Shown in pieces: positions 26,601 through 36,021 of a DNA stretch of 64,000 nt. Each line of letters starts with the position of its first letter. Position 1 is the stretch's first letter. Made by a program: the position numbers and the translations under genes. The notes beneath the pieces are model-generated. The model searched no databases and was not told where the DNA came from. It saw only the letters and a list, made by a program, of their open reading frames with translations. This stretch comes from Zygnema circumcarinatum SAG 698-1b. Its lineage: Eukaryota > Plantae > Zygnematophyceae. The DNA is taken from contig CM074811.1 in assembly GCA_037447605.1 (NCBI GenBank), forward strand, positions 1,674,001 through 1,738,000. The letters are read 5' to 3'.

Positions 26601-26782
26601 AGGTGTTGCACCTCTAGTGCAACCAAGAGCTGCCAGCTGGAAGAAAAAGAATACTCCAACGACCCCACACCAGTGAACCTTCACACCCATAATTGCTTCA
26701 AATTCACGACTACATTCCAATATACTCGCTTTATGTCTTTTGCTCCCCTTTTTCCCCGGCTGCCTCGCGTTCTCACCTTCAT
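5630..26782 (-). CDS. INTS1: Integrator complex subunit 1 (multi-exon; first and last exons tentative)
   Basis: Exon peptides resembling metazoan INTS1: DIISSVWEAHAQWDMSSIDRTLCQA (about 23.8 kb), LLLRAFDHLPQWPLEFV (about 23.3 kb), YLHDVCGPRTWVDNESCRDFVASILTAF (about 22.8 kb), ASSMLESWLSSP (about 20.6 kb), LKLGQLLRASRKPNFLQEV (about 15.9 kb). Helical C-terminal exons run to TGA at 5630. The ATG at 26782 is inferred from phase-compatible exons (26782-26777, about 26636-26594, about 25500-25476, 25209-24422). Confidence 0.85.
6250..6700. repeat. Polypurine low-complexity tract (intronic)
   Basis: GA/GAAAA-rich stretch, e.g. GAAAAGAGAGAAAAGAGAAAAGAG. Confidence 0.75.
21195..21395 (-). repeat. 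C-rich tract (G-rich on the INTS1 sense strand), intronic
   Basis: About 200 bp made almost entirely of C3-C7 runs separated by 1-4 nt. Confidence 0.85.
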
Positions 26783-26984
26783 CTTGTCCGCGTAATGTGC
26801 CGCAGTGTAACCCTCCTTCCACGCGACCTCAACTGGCAGCCATGCGGCCCTGCAACCTCGTCATACGGGAAGCGGCAGACGCAGTCGACACAGGCCTGCC
26901 CTTTCCCTTGCCCTTGCAGCTCTCTTCCCAGCCACCCAGCGAGCAAGCAGCAGCCAGACTCAGCCAGCCTCTCGCCTTCGTTCC

Positions 26985-26993
26985 CTTTATATA
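26985..26993 (-). promoter_or_regulatory. Candidate TATA box of INTS1
   Basis: TATATAAAG on the minus strand, about 200 bp upstream of the inferred ATG. Confidence 0.4.
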
Positions 26994-27233
26994 CAGAGGT
27001 GCCGTCTGCAGACCCACCAGCAGGGGAGCCCGCCGCCCCCCGCTCCATGATCCATGTGACCATACAGTTTTGTTAACTTCAAAACGGGTATGTAGCTTGA
27101 CAGAATGATACATGGAGACAGGTGGAATAGGCCGTACCGTGCGTACGGCCTAAGGTTCTCGTTGGTTCACAGGGCGCGAGTGGTCTTTAAAGTCAACTGG
27201 GAAGTTGGACGTGGAAGGTGGAGGGTGGGCGCC

Positions 27234-29483
27234 ATGGTGGTGGGAGAGAGCTGCGGGGGGAAGATGCGGACAGGGCGGGGAAGGAGGGAGAGGTGCGGAA
27301 GGGGCCGGCCATGTGTGGGATCTCGAGCAGCTGCTGCGGCTGTCTCTCTATGGGCGCTCGTTTCCTGGGGAGGTGAGGGAGGTGTGAAGGGATGGGGTAC
27401 GGCTTAGGCGGGGGCTGTTGGGCGGGGGAGAGGGGGCTGTTTCAGAAGGCAGTGGAAGCGTTTGGAGAGCCCATGCGGTATCGCATGGAGGAGAAATGCT
27501 GGAATTTGAGGAGAAATCGTCGCAGTTGCTCGACTGCGTTTCTCTTTATGAACGCGTTTCAAAATTATATCGCTTTGACGATTAGTTGCGTTCAAGTTTT
27601 GCATTATCCGGCATTTTTCTCTTTCTCCATCTCTCATCCACGTCGGCTCCCCTCTGTCTTCTTCCTTCCTCCCTCTCCCTTTTGTGTGTATTTAACGTCA
27701 CCACGTGATGCCTTCCGCCTTTTGAGTGAGGTGGCATGCTGCAGTTTACTTAGCACGTGCTGGTAAAATGCAAACTGTCGTGTTTTCCTGTTTTGAAGCT
27801 ACGTCTTGCATTGTTGCCTCCAAAATAATTGCAAGGGGCTTTAATCAATGGGAGGTAATTCAGCATGATCATTTGTGCTTATTGTAGTTGGAGCTGCTCA
27901 AGCACAAAGCAACAATTCGACATCCCAAAATTCCTCTCCTCCTGCGAACGTAACGGTCTCTAAACCGGGAGCTTCAGTTGAGCTGCTTAATATCACCATT
28001 TACGATCTACATTCTGGCTGGCTGGACATATCGACTGACGTGTACTTCAAATGCGCTGGTGAAGAGCGTCATTTCCTTCCAGGAGTTAAGAAGATAGATA
28101 ACGAATATGCCTTCAACGGTAGTGAAAAATTTCAGGTACTGTTGGCAATAGATGAAAAGTCGTGAGCGTGTCTTTGAGAGTGCGAGTTCGTAGGGGTACC
28201 CCTGAATTTCCTTTATTGCTGGCTTTCAGCTAAAGCAAGGGTGCTCAGCTCTCACAGGTGAAGGTGGAGGTACGGTGGAGTAAATTTTTGGACATTGTCT
28301 ACTTAATTCCGAGTCATGCGCTTGTAGAACCTGCGTAAATAGCTGTTTTGAACTTTGTCGTAGGGGTGTTGCCCTCGTAGCGAAATTCCTTTTTTGGGCA
28401 GTTTTGAAGCTGTGCAGTTCGTTGCAGGTTAGAGCTTTTGATGAGTACAGCAGGAGCTTAGATCCAGGCCATCCAGAATTTTGCTGCATTGTAACATGCG
28501 CTCGGAGTACCACCACCTAGAGCTTTTTGATATTATATCACAGTTCTTTACTGTCGACCGTTTTGAACCTCGTTCGTGCCTGGCTTACGTCTGGAGCAGA
28601 GGTCTGGCAAGCTTCGTGACTTTCTCTGAGTTCAGTGTGGAGGGTGGGGGTGTGCTGTGGGGCAGCCAGTCACGCGACTCGGGGCTGATGAATGCAAGCA
28701 CTGTGGAATTTATGAGGCGGATACATGGAGCTCTGACGATATCTTTGCAGAGTTTGACCTTTGCTCTCGCAATTTCACTTCTCTCACAGGGATTCACCTT
28801 GTAGATTTCCCTGGCCAGTTCCAGACAAGGCTGCAGTGCAGGGACTGCCGTGCCCAATACTTTGGTAAGTCTAGCTTCTACCACTATGCCCCTACCGGCA
28901 GTCTCTAGCTACAGATGGTACTAGCAAGAATAAGTCATGATTGGAGACAGGCAGATTTGAGGTGAAAACAGTAAGCAAAAAGTATATTTAAGTGTGTTTG
29001 ACAAACTGTCTGCAGTGCTGTCAAGTTTGTTCTTTGGCAATAGCATGTTCAAATGGAGTAGATGCAGTTGTTCACTATGGGTCAGATTGTGCAGGCATTC
29101 CTATCACAAGTTACTCGTTGGATGCAGAGGCCAAAGAAAGTTACCGCATCTAATCGTCGTACATTAAGCTTGGTCTATCTCATACTGGCATTCCAGCATG
29201 ACTTTTTACATGCAAAACTTGAGAAAAGCAGAGTGCTCACCTGTCTGCGTGCACTGCAGGCGAGTCAAGCACTACAACAGACTCGGAATCATCATTCACC
29301 GTCGTCTTCTGGATACTAATCGGCTTCGGGATACTCGTAGTGCTGCTAGGCTTAGGACTTTTCGTGTATATTTTAAAAAGTAAGCTGTTGGAGAAGGAGA
29401 AGAGGGACGAGAATACGAAGTTTATGCAACTTTTTGAGGAGGAAGACGATCTTGAAGCGGAGTTAGGTGACCACCGCCTGTAG
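27234..29483 (+). CDS. Conserved plant single-pass membrane protein of unknown function (signal peptide, Cys-containing ectodomain, TM, acidic tail; DUF7953-like)
   Basis: Four phase-compatible exons (27234-27372, 27888-about 28136, about 28666-28865, 29281-29483). Motifs VYFKCAGE...LPGVK, FQPVTRLGADECKHCGIYEADTWSSDDIFAEFDLC, a TM segment VVFWILIGFGILVVLLGLGLFVYIL, and TKFMQLFEEEDDLEAELG, all matching a family I recognise from land plants. Confidence 0.85.
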
Positions 29484-30016
29484 AAATGGGTCCATTCTGG
29501 CACCTCTTCAATTGTGACATATGTAATGCCTGTGAATTGTTCCTAGTCAAGGAGGGAGAAAATTAGAAAATGCGTAAAGATCCTCATTTGTTGAACTTCG
29601 TGTTCGACCGTTTCTGTTGTACCAAGGCCATCCTGCTGTTAGTGCTTTATACGCACTCGATTGAAGCTTCAGCGGAGGTCCGTTAGTACCTTAATTACTG
29701 TACATTGACTTTTTTCTGTGATCCATTGTAGAAAAGCCTTTTTTTCCATTAATACATCCTCATAAACGACTGTCAGGCAGCTGTCACTTGACTCACATGT
29801 TAGCCAAAGCTGAAGCTGGGTGTTATTCCCTCCTTTTCTAACTTTGCAACAAGAAAATTGGCAGCTTGCTCTTGGTCGCGGTATGATCTCTAAGCGCAGA
29901 GCATCGACCGGGGCCTGCACCAGGCGGGGCAGAGGAGCTGGCAACTGATGCTTGACCAAGATTCAGGATTCCATCCTCGGCGGCACCGCTTAGGGCGGGT
30001 TAAGCTTATAAAAAAA

Positions 30017-30878
30017 GGGGGCGACTATTTACAGTAGGGGGTGTCAGACTTAAAAAATTTCAGTACGCGTGTTCGTAAGTTTGACATCAGAACGAGTACT
30101 CCAGTATAATCGCGATCCTCCTGCGGCGGAGTACTTTCGTAACCTTTTTTTTCGTAACGCTTTTCGTAAGATTTTGTAAGTCTGACACCCCCTAGTGTAC
30201 GGATTCTGAATGTAGTGTACGATTTCGCCGGGCAGCAAAAAAAAGGTTTTTTTTGGCGAAAAATGCTGTTTCACACTTTTCAGAATAGATACAGACCTTT
30301 TTTCGTCGGATGTACGGTTGGTGATTTGAAATGTACGAAGCGCGCGCGTCTACAAGGTATAAGGGCGCAACACGTGGAGCGACATGATTGGTCGCGGCAA
30401 CATATGACGTGGCAAGTATGTTTGGGACCGTGACGTGACGAAACGAGACGCGAAAAAAGTGGAGTCCGCGGACGGCAGTCGGAAATGGCGGGAATTCAAA
30501 CTGACAAAAAAAGATAGGGCACATAACGTAGCGTGTTTCAGGAAAAATCTGTCAGTTTTAATTCCCGCCATTTCCGACTGCCGTCCGCGGACACCACTTT
30601 TTTTGCGTCTCGTTTCGTCACGTCACGGTTCCAAACATACTTGCCACGTCATCTGTTGCCGCGACCAATCATGTCGCTCCACGTGTTGCGCCCTTATACC
30701 TTGTAGACGCGCGCGCTTCGTACATTTCAAATCACCATCCGTACATTCGACGATAAAGGGTCTATATCTATTCTGAAAAGTGTGAAACAGCATTTTTCGC
30801 CAAAAAAAACCTTTTTTTTGCTGCCCTGTGAAATCGTACACTACATTCAGAATCCGTACACTGTAAATAGTCGCCCCC
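30017..30878. mobile_element. Foldback MITE with about 330-bp TIRs, Mutator-like (contains a nested 158-bp MITE)
   Basis: The left arm (30017-30035 plus 30197-30506) is the reverse complement of 30550-30878 with a few mismatches. Spacer 43 bp, termini GGGGGCGACTATTTACAG, flanking direct repeat TAAAAAAA (30009-30016 / 30879-30886). Confidence 0.87.
30036..30193. mobile_element. PIF/Harbinger (Tourist)-like MITE, copy 1, nested in the left TIR of the foldback MITE
   Basis: Perfect 17-bp TIR AGGGGGTGTCAGACTTA and 3-bp TSD AGT (30033-30035 / 30194-30196). The uninterrupted opposite arm shows the empty site. Confidence 0.9.
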
Positions 30879-30904
30879 TAAAAAAAAACCCTGTCTCGAC
30901 TGTG

Positions 30905-30958
30905 CCAATCCCAGCCTGCCACGTCAAGAGGTTTGCAGACGTGGCATATTCTGATTGG
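30905..30958. promoter_or_regulatory. Inverted pair of ERSE-I motifs (CCAAT-N9-CCACG) with an overlapping UPRE
   Basis: CCAAT 30905-30909, N9, CCACG 30919-30923. On the other strand CGTGG 30940-30944, N9, ATTGG 30954-30958. CCACGTCA at 30919-30926. Function not shown. Confidence 0.5.
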
Positions 30959-30986
30959 CTTTCGCTTAAAGGTGTTAACCTTCAAT

Positions 30987-31145
30987 AGGGGGTGTCAGAC
31001 TTAAAAAATTTCAGTACGCGTGTTCGTAAGTTTGACATCAGAACGAGTACTCCAGTATAATCGTGATCCTCCTGCGGCGGAGTACTTTCGTAACCTTTTT
31101 TTTCGTAACGCTTTTCGTAAGATTTTGTTAAGTCTGACACCCCCT
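30987..31145. mobile_element. PIF/Harbinger (Tourist)-like MITE, copy 2
   Basis: Same TIR, TSD AAT (30984-30986 / 31146-31148). Differs from copy 1 by one substitution and one 1-bp indel that I can see. Confidence 0.9.
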
Positions 31146-31189
31146 AATGGAGACCCACTCTTAGCCCGGAAGTCGAAACGTCAAAATGA

Positions 31190-31720
31190 ACCACGATATA
31201 TCGTATTGTACAATACTGCAAGATTTAGATTACGCTGATATCGACGACAGGTCCAGTACGATACAAGTACGAAGGTACGATGTACGATACGATATATGTC
31301 GTACAGTATGCTTTTGTTACAGCCGTACATCCATGCCGCCCCATGGGATCCATGCCGACCCATGGGACCCATCCATGATCCGATAGCGAGCTCTGCCCTC
31401 CGGAGCCCTGAGGGCGGGCGGCACCGACACGCTGGCTGCCCCCGTCGGAGGTTGAACCGCGGCAACCGCTCGATACGGTATTCTATATCGTTCGAGCGTG
31501 AAAGATTGCTTTCTTCCTATGCTTTCGTCGTTTATGACGTCATCATTCGTCAGAACTCGTGCAATCCACGGCGGCATCTTTGGATCCCTATCCAAACCGC
31601 ACTAGCTCGTACGATTCGTACGACGCGTAAGGACGCGGTTGCCGACATTCGTACGAGCCGTACGACGCAAAAAGACGCTTGTGCCGACATCCGTACGGCC
31701 ACGTGCGCCAGTCCGTGTCG
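31190..31720. repeat. GTAC/TACGA-rich island with short tandem duplications
   Basis: 42-bp tandem dimer 31607-31648 / 31649-31690, an 18-bp CCATGCCG..CCATGGGA dimer near 31331-31368, and runs of (G)TACGA. Confidence 0.65.
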
Positions 31721-32342
31721 CCCAACGATTGGCGATTAAAAAAAATATGCGAATTGCTGATTCCTATCTCAAATATCCGCTGGCCCGGACCACAGGGCCA
31801 CTTACTGCCCGCCACGTGGTGGCCTCCAGCGGCCATGCAAGCAGCATATGCCACTCCGCCGGCACGCCAGCAAAAAATCGCCATATCTCCCGCGCCATCT
31901 GGACCGTCCAGGTGGCGTATACGAGTTCTCAGCCGTCGATCTTGAGGTCAGTGACGTGTTCCACCCGGCCCTGGAATCCTACGTGGCAGGGCGCCGTACA
32001 GCGGCGAATCGCGTACCGAAGAGGAGAAAGCGCGCGGCAGCGGCAGGCCCTTCCGTTCCAACTTTCCTGAAAGACGCGGGCAAGCGGGCAGGGAGAGTCG
32101 TGCACGGCAGCCATGGCCCTGCTATGGAGGTTTTGGAGCAAACCGCCGTCGGGAGCCGAAACCCTAGCGGCGAATGAGGCCCCTTTCCTGGGCATCTTCC
32201 TGCTCGCAGCGCGGCGCGGGGCCATTGGGGAGGTCGTCTTGCTCGGCGGCGTTGGCGTCTGAGCGGGGCTGAGAGGCGGGGGTCGAGGGAGGGCAGAGTG
32301 CGTACAGACCCGGGGGGGAGGGGGCGCGGGGTTGCAAGAGGG

Positions 32343-35300
32343 ATGGGGGCGGACGACGGGTCTGCGGTGGCTCTTCTGGCGGGGCCGCCGAAGAAGAAGC
32401 CGGTGGAGATTGTGAAGCCCGGGACCTTCGAGCCGACGGAGCACTTTTATCCGCGTGTGCTGAACGCGCAGATTCATCCCCTCGTCAGGGCCTTTCTGTG
32501 CCTTGGAAACGACCGCATCACGAAGCGCTACACGCATTTGCATCCTGAAGCGAAGCCAGAAGCAGTTACGAAGGCCCTCAGCTTCTCCGCAAGGTTGCGC
32601 TCATTACTGCACTTGCTTTATTTTGCTATCGAAGCATTTTTCCTGCATCTTGTAATCTTTCCAGCTCTTTCACCTGCTAGCTTTGCACATGTTTACACAG
32701 TGCACGTTCTTGAACTGTCCCTGTACTCAAATGTTATCTTTGTTCGTGGAACAACATACCTTATTAAAACGGATTGTTTGTGAATGGATTGCACCCTGCG
32801 CATCTTTGCTTTTTTCACGATTGTGAAGTTTTCTTTGCAAGGCTTACAAGAAACGTTGTTTTTGCGATTCGGGATGACCATGCAGATATTTCCAATGGGG
32901 AGGGGCCGACCTGTTTTCAACAACAACAGAGCGGGGCCAAAAACGATTCGTGGTGGTGGAAACAAATTCCTGTCCCTCTGGGCAGAAGTCTATGCCTCTT
33001 GCCAATGAAGACTCAGAGCAAGCTGGGTACCGTGTCCTTTTGGAGAAGGCGCTCATGCCGACGTTGAAGCTTGGCAGATTCAATGGCCACGAGCTTCCTG
33101 ACGGTGCCTATGCAGTTCTATATGACAAAAATAGAATGGAGGCATCCGGATACGCAGCCGTCCTGGCGGACCTAGTCGGCCAGCCAGTGTATCTTGTTCC
33201 CTGCTATGCGGACGACTCAAATCCCAAGGCACGGTTTAGACCTGACGGGGTTTTGGAGGTGCGCACCTCAGGTGCCATTGAAAAGGTATCACAGTCGGAG
33301 ATGAATGGAGATGGCTCTGCAGGAACGCATCCCACTAATGGCACTTTGCCGAGATCACTGAGCAAGTCGAATTCTGTGACTGAGGGAGAAGGAGAATGGA
33401 CGCCAATTCGTGCCGCCATTCGTTATGTCACACAGCGGCCATGGTCTCGGATTCCGCCTCTTTCTCGAACCCTCATCTTCAATCCAGTGCTGGCATGTCT
33501 TGCCGGAGGGCGGAACAAAGCGGTTGCCGCGAAGGCTTATGATCTTCACAATGCGGAGATGTCCGGAAGCGGTCTTCAGATTTTGACACCAGAGACAATA
33601 TGGGATGTGTCCAAGCCGGAGATTCCACTATGGGTGGGGCGTATGGGTGAGTGAGATGTGCCTCCAATTTTGTGGCGGTGACGTTGTGTGTGATGGTAAC
33701 TGGAAAGTCAAGTTTTCTTTTTGGAGGGTCCTTGTCGGTCAGGATGGACCACGTGTCATACATTGCCTGGTTAAAATGCTACATTGTTTTTGTGGTTACG
33801 TAGATTTTACTCGTCCTATTTATGTTTGGCTGGTGCCTGAGAATCTTACATGGTCGGTGGCATCCAAACTCTTTTGCATGATTTCACAGGAGTTGCCTTT
33901 TTTCTGATCTGCAAGCAATTCATCTTGGTCATGCAGGTGGACTAGCTGTCGTGAAGGTACCTTATGCGAATGCTGGTCAGGGCGTGTGGACGATCACGAA
34001 TGACGCGGAGTTGAAGCAGTTCATGTCAATTGAGCATCGTTATGACTCATTTATTGTGCAGGTACATTGCGTTTAGAAGGTGGCTGTGGGGGTGGCGTGG
34101 AAAATGGGTTTTGGGTGTCTTGACTTTTAGCCCGTTTGTGTACCTTTTTGTAGTCACTTGATACGTGGTTTACACAAGTGGGGGTGCAGTCGCTGGTAGG
34201 TAACCATGGCTGGAGCTCCCTGAGCACGAGCGGCCGCCTCTACCACGTGGGCACTATTCCCAATAGCAAAGGCAACATTTTTGCTGCAGACCTCCGCCTC
34301 ATGGTGGGCTCCTCACCGGAGGGGTTTTTTCCCGTTGCCATCTATGCAAGGAGGGCTCGTGTTCCCCTGTCAGAGAAGCTTGAGCTGGGCACAGACTCTT
34401 GGGATATGCTCGGAACAAACTTGTCATATAAGGTACGGCTTCTTGTCAAGTGGGCTACACCGTGTCGCAGCAGGCAAATAGTCAGGTTTCTCTTCCAATG
34501 GGAATTCTCACACTGGAGCCCATGTGTTTCTGCAGAACGAGGATGGATCGTGGGGCACGGAAACAGAGCGTCTATTGCTCATGGACAGCCGCGATTTCAA
34601 TCGTATTGGAATTGGCATTGACGATCTCATTGAAGCATACATGCAGGTAATGAGTCAAGCAGCTGAAAGTCATGAATCTCCATGAGCTGGGTTTCATGTC
34701 AAATGTGAATTTGAGCTTAACCCTGCTGGTTGTGTGCATGGCTTTTGTTGAGGTTTTTTTGTTTTTTTTTGGTTTTGTGCAGACTGTGCTCGCAGTAACT
34801 GCAATCGACCGGCTTGCCTGCAAGCTGATCACGCCAAAGGTACCTCTACAATTGTTGTCGCCCATTAAACCGTTGAGATGGTGCTCTTCATAAGGAACAT
34901 GCTTCCATCCCTAGCGAAGGAGTCAGGGGTTTTTGCATACCAAGAATGTCACTCCAAATAGCAACATGTAATCATTGATTAAATTGGTCGGGGATAAATT
35001 AGGTTGCACCAGATTCTAAGGGGCCTAATCAAATACATTTCTTTTTACTTGCTGCAATGTCCTCGTAGGTCCACTTTGTTAATTCTTGCATGAAATAGCA
35101 CGTATCTGAAATTGGGAAGTGGTCAACCGACCAGTTGAATGATGCAAGGATTTGTTTTGTTTCTCTTGGTGAACCTTGTTTGGCCCGAGACTGTTATCTT
35201 CTCAATTTTAGTTCCAGAATTTTTTGTAAGAGTTTGGAGGCGGCTGAAGGGCTTGCACTTTCGCACTCTGCAGGGCAATTTTGGTTTGAAGTTGTTTCAG

Positions 35301-35809
35301 TCGTTGAATCCGGATCCAAAGCTGCTCGCTGAGCTGTACCCTACGCAATTGGAGCCTCCCTTGCTGCCCCCGGAGCCTCCGTTGAACAGTGGCATTGGGA
35401 GGAAGAGGAGCGATGTAGTTAACGAAGTCACTCCAACTTTGGAAGAAGGGCATGACACGGCTCACGAAACCGAGGAGAGTCTTGCCGCAGAATTGGAGAT
35501 GAGAGTAGAAGAAGCCGTACCCCCGGTTGGTACTCCCCTCCCATGTTTGGGTTGTGAAGCAAATTGCGTAATTAATCGATGTTGGACGAATTGCAGGCAG
35601 GCAGTCAGGCTAAACTATTTATGGCTTGTTTGTTCCTGGTAGACAGTTGTGCGTGGACAGGCATCGGGAAATCTGATTTCGTTCCAATCGTCGGTGCTTA
35701 TTGCAAGTAAATTTGGATCTTGCAAACCTAATTCAGAGACACTAACAGATTTTGAATTTCTTTTGGTTTGCAGGCAAAACGGAAAAAGTCAGCAGTTGTG
35801 ATACCATAG
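32343..35809 (+). CDS. Circularly permuted ATP-grasp (glutathione-synthetase-like fold) putative peptide ligase
   Basis: Spliced ORF: [25 protein letters not shown]...[12 protein letters not shown] (like the GxD...VLEDNxxPSG motif of CP-ATP-grasp enzymes), [11 protein letters not shown] (KP-loop), [26 protein letters not shown] exons are in phase through to TAG at 35807-35809. Confidence 0.8.
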
Positions 35810-36021
35810 TGTACATTCGGTCTATTCCATCCGCAGAGTACAACTATCTGTAACTGCTCGTTACTACTTAATTTACCACTTAGAGAAAGACGAGGGCTGG
35901 CCAGCGCCCTGACGACAGCATAGCTCCTTTACACTCAGGTTCTTTATTCTCTGCAAAGTCCAGTGGGAGGCACTTAGGCTCCCTTAGGCAACTCGGGATT
36001 GCCTGGTTTTTATGGCCCATG

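Noticed and set aside
26779-27063. 94-aa Cys-containing ORF upstream of INTS1
   Set aside because: It spans the TATA-like motif and probable 5' UTR, and no family is recognised.
32343-35809. D-Ala-D-Ala ligase (plastid peptidoglycan Ddl)
   Set aside because: Motif order is circularly permuted and Ddl signatures (GGxSxEH, LHGxxGEDG) are absent.
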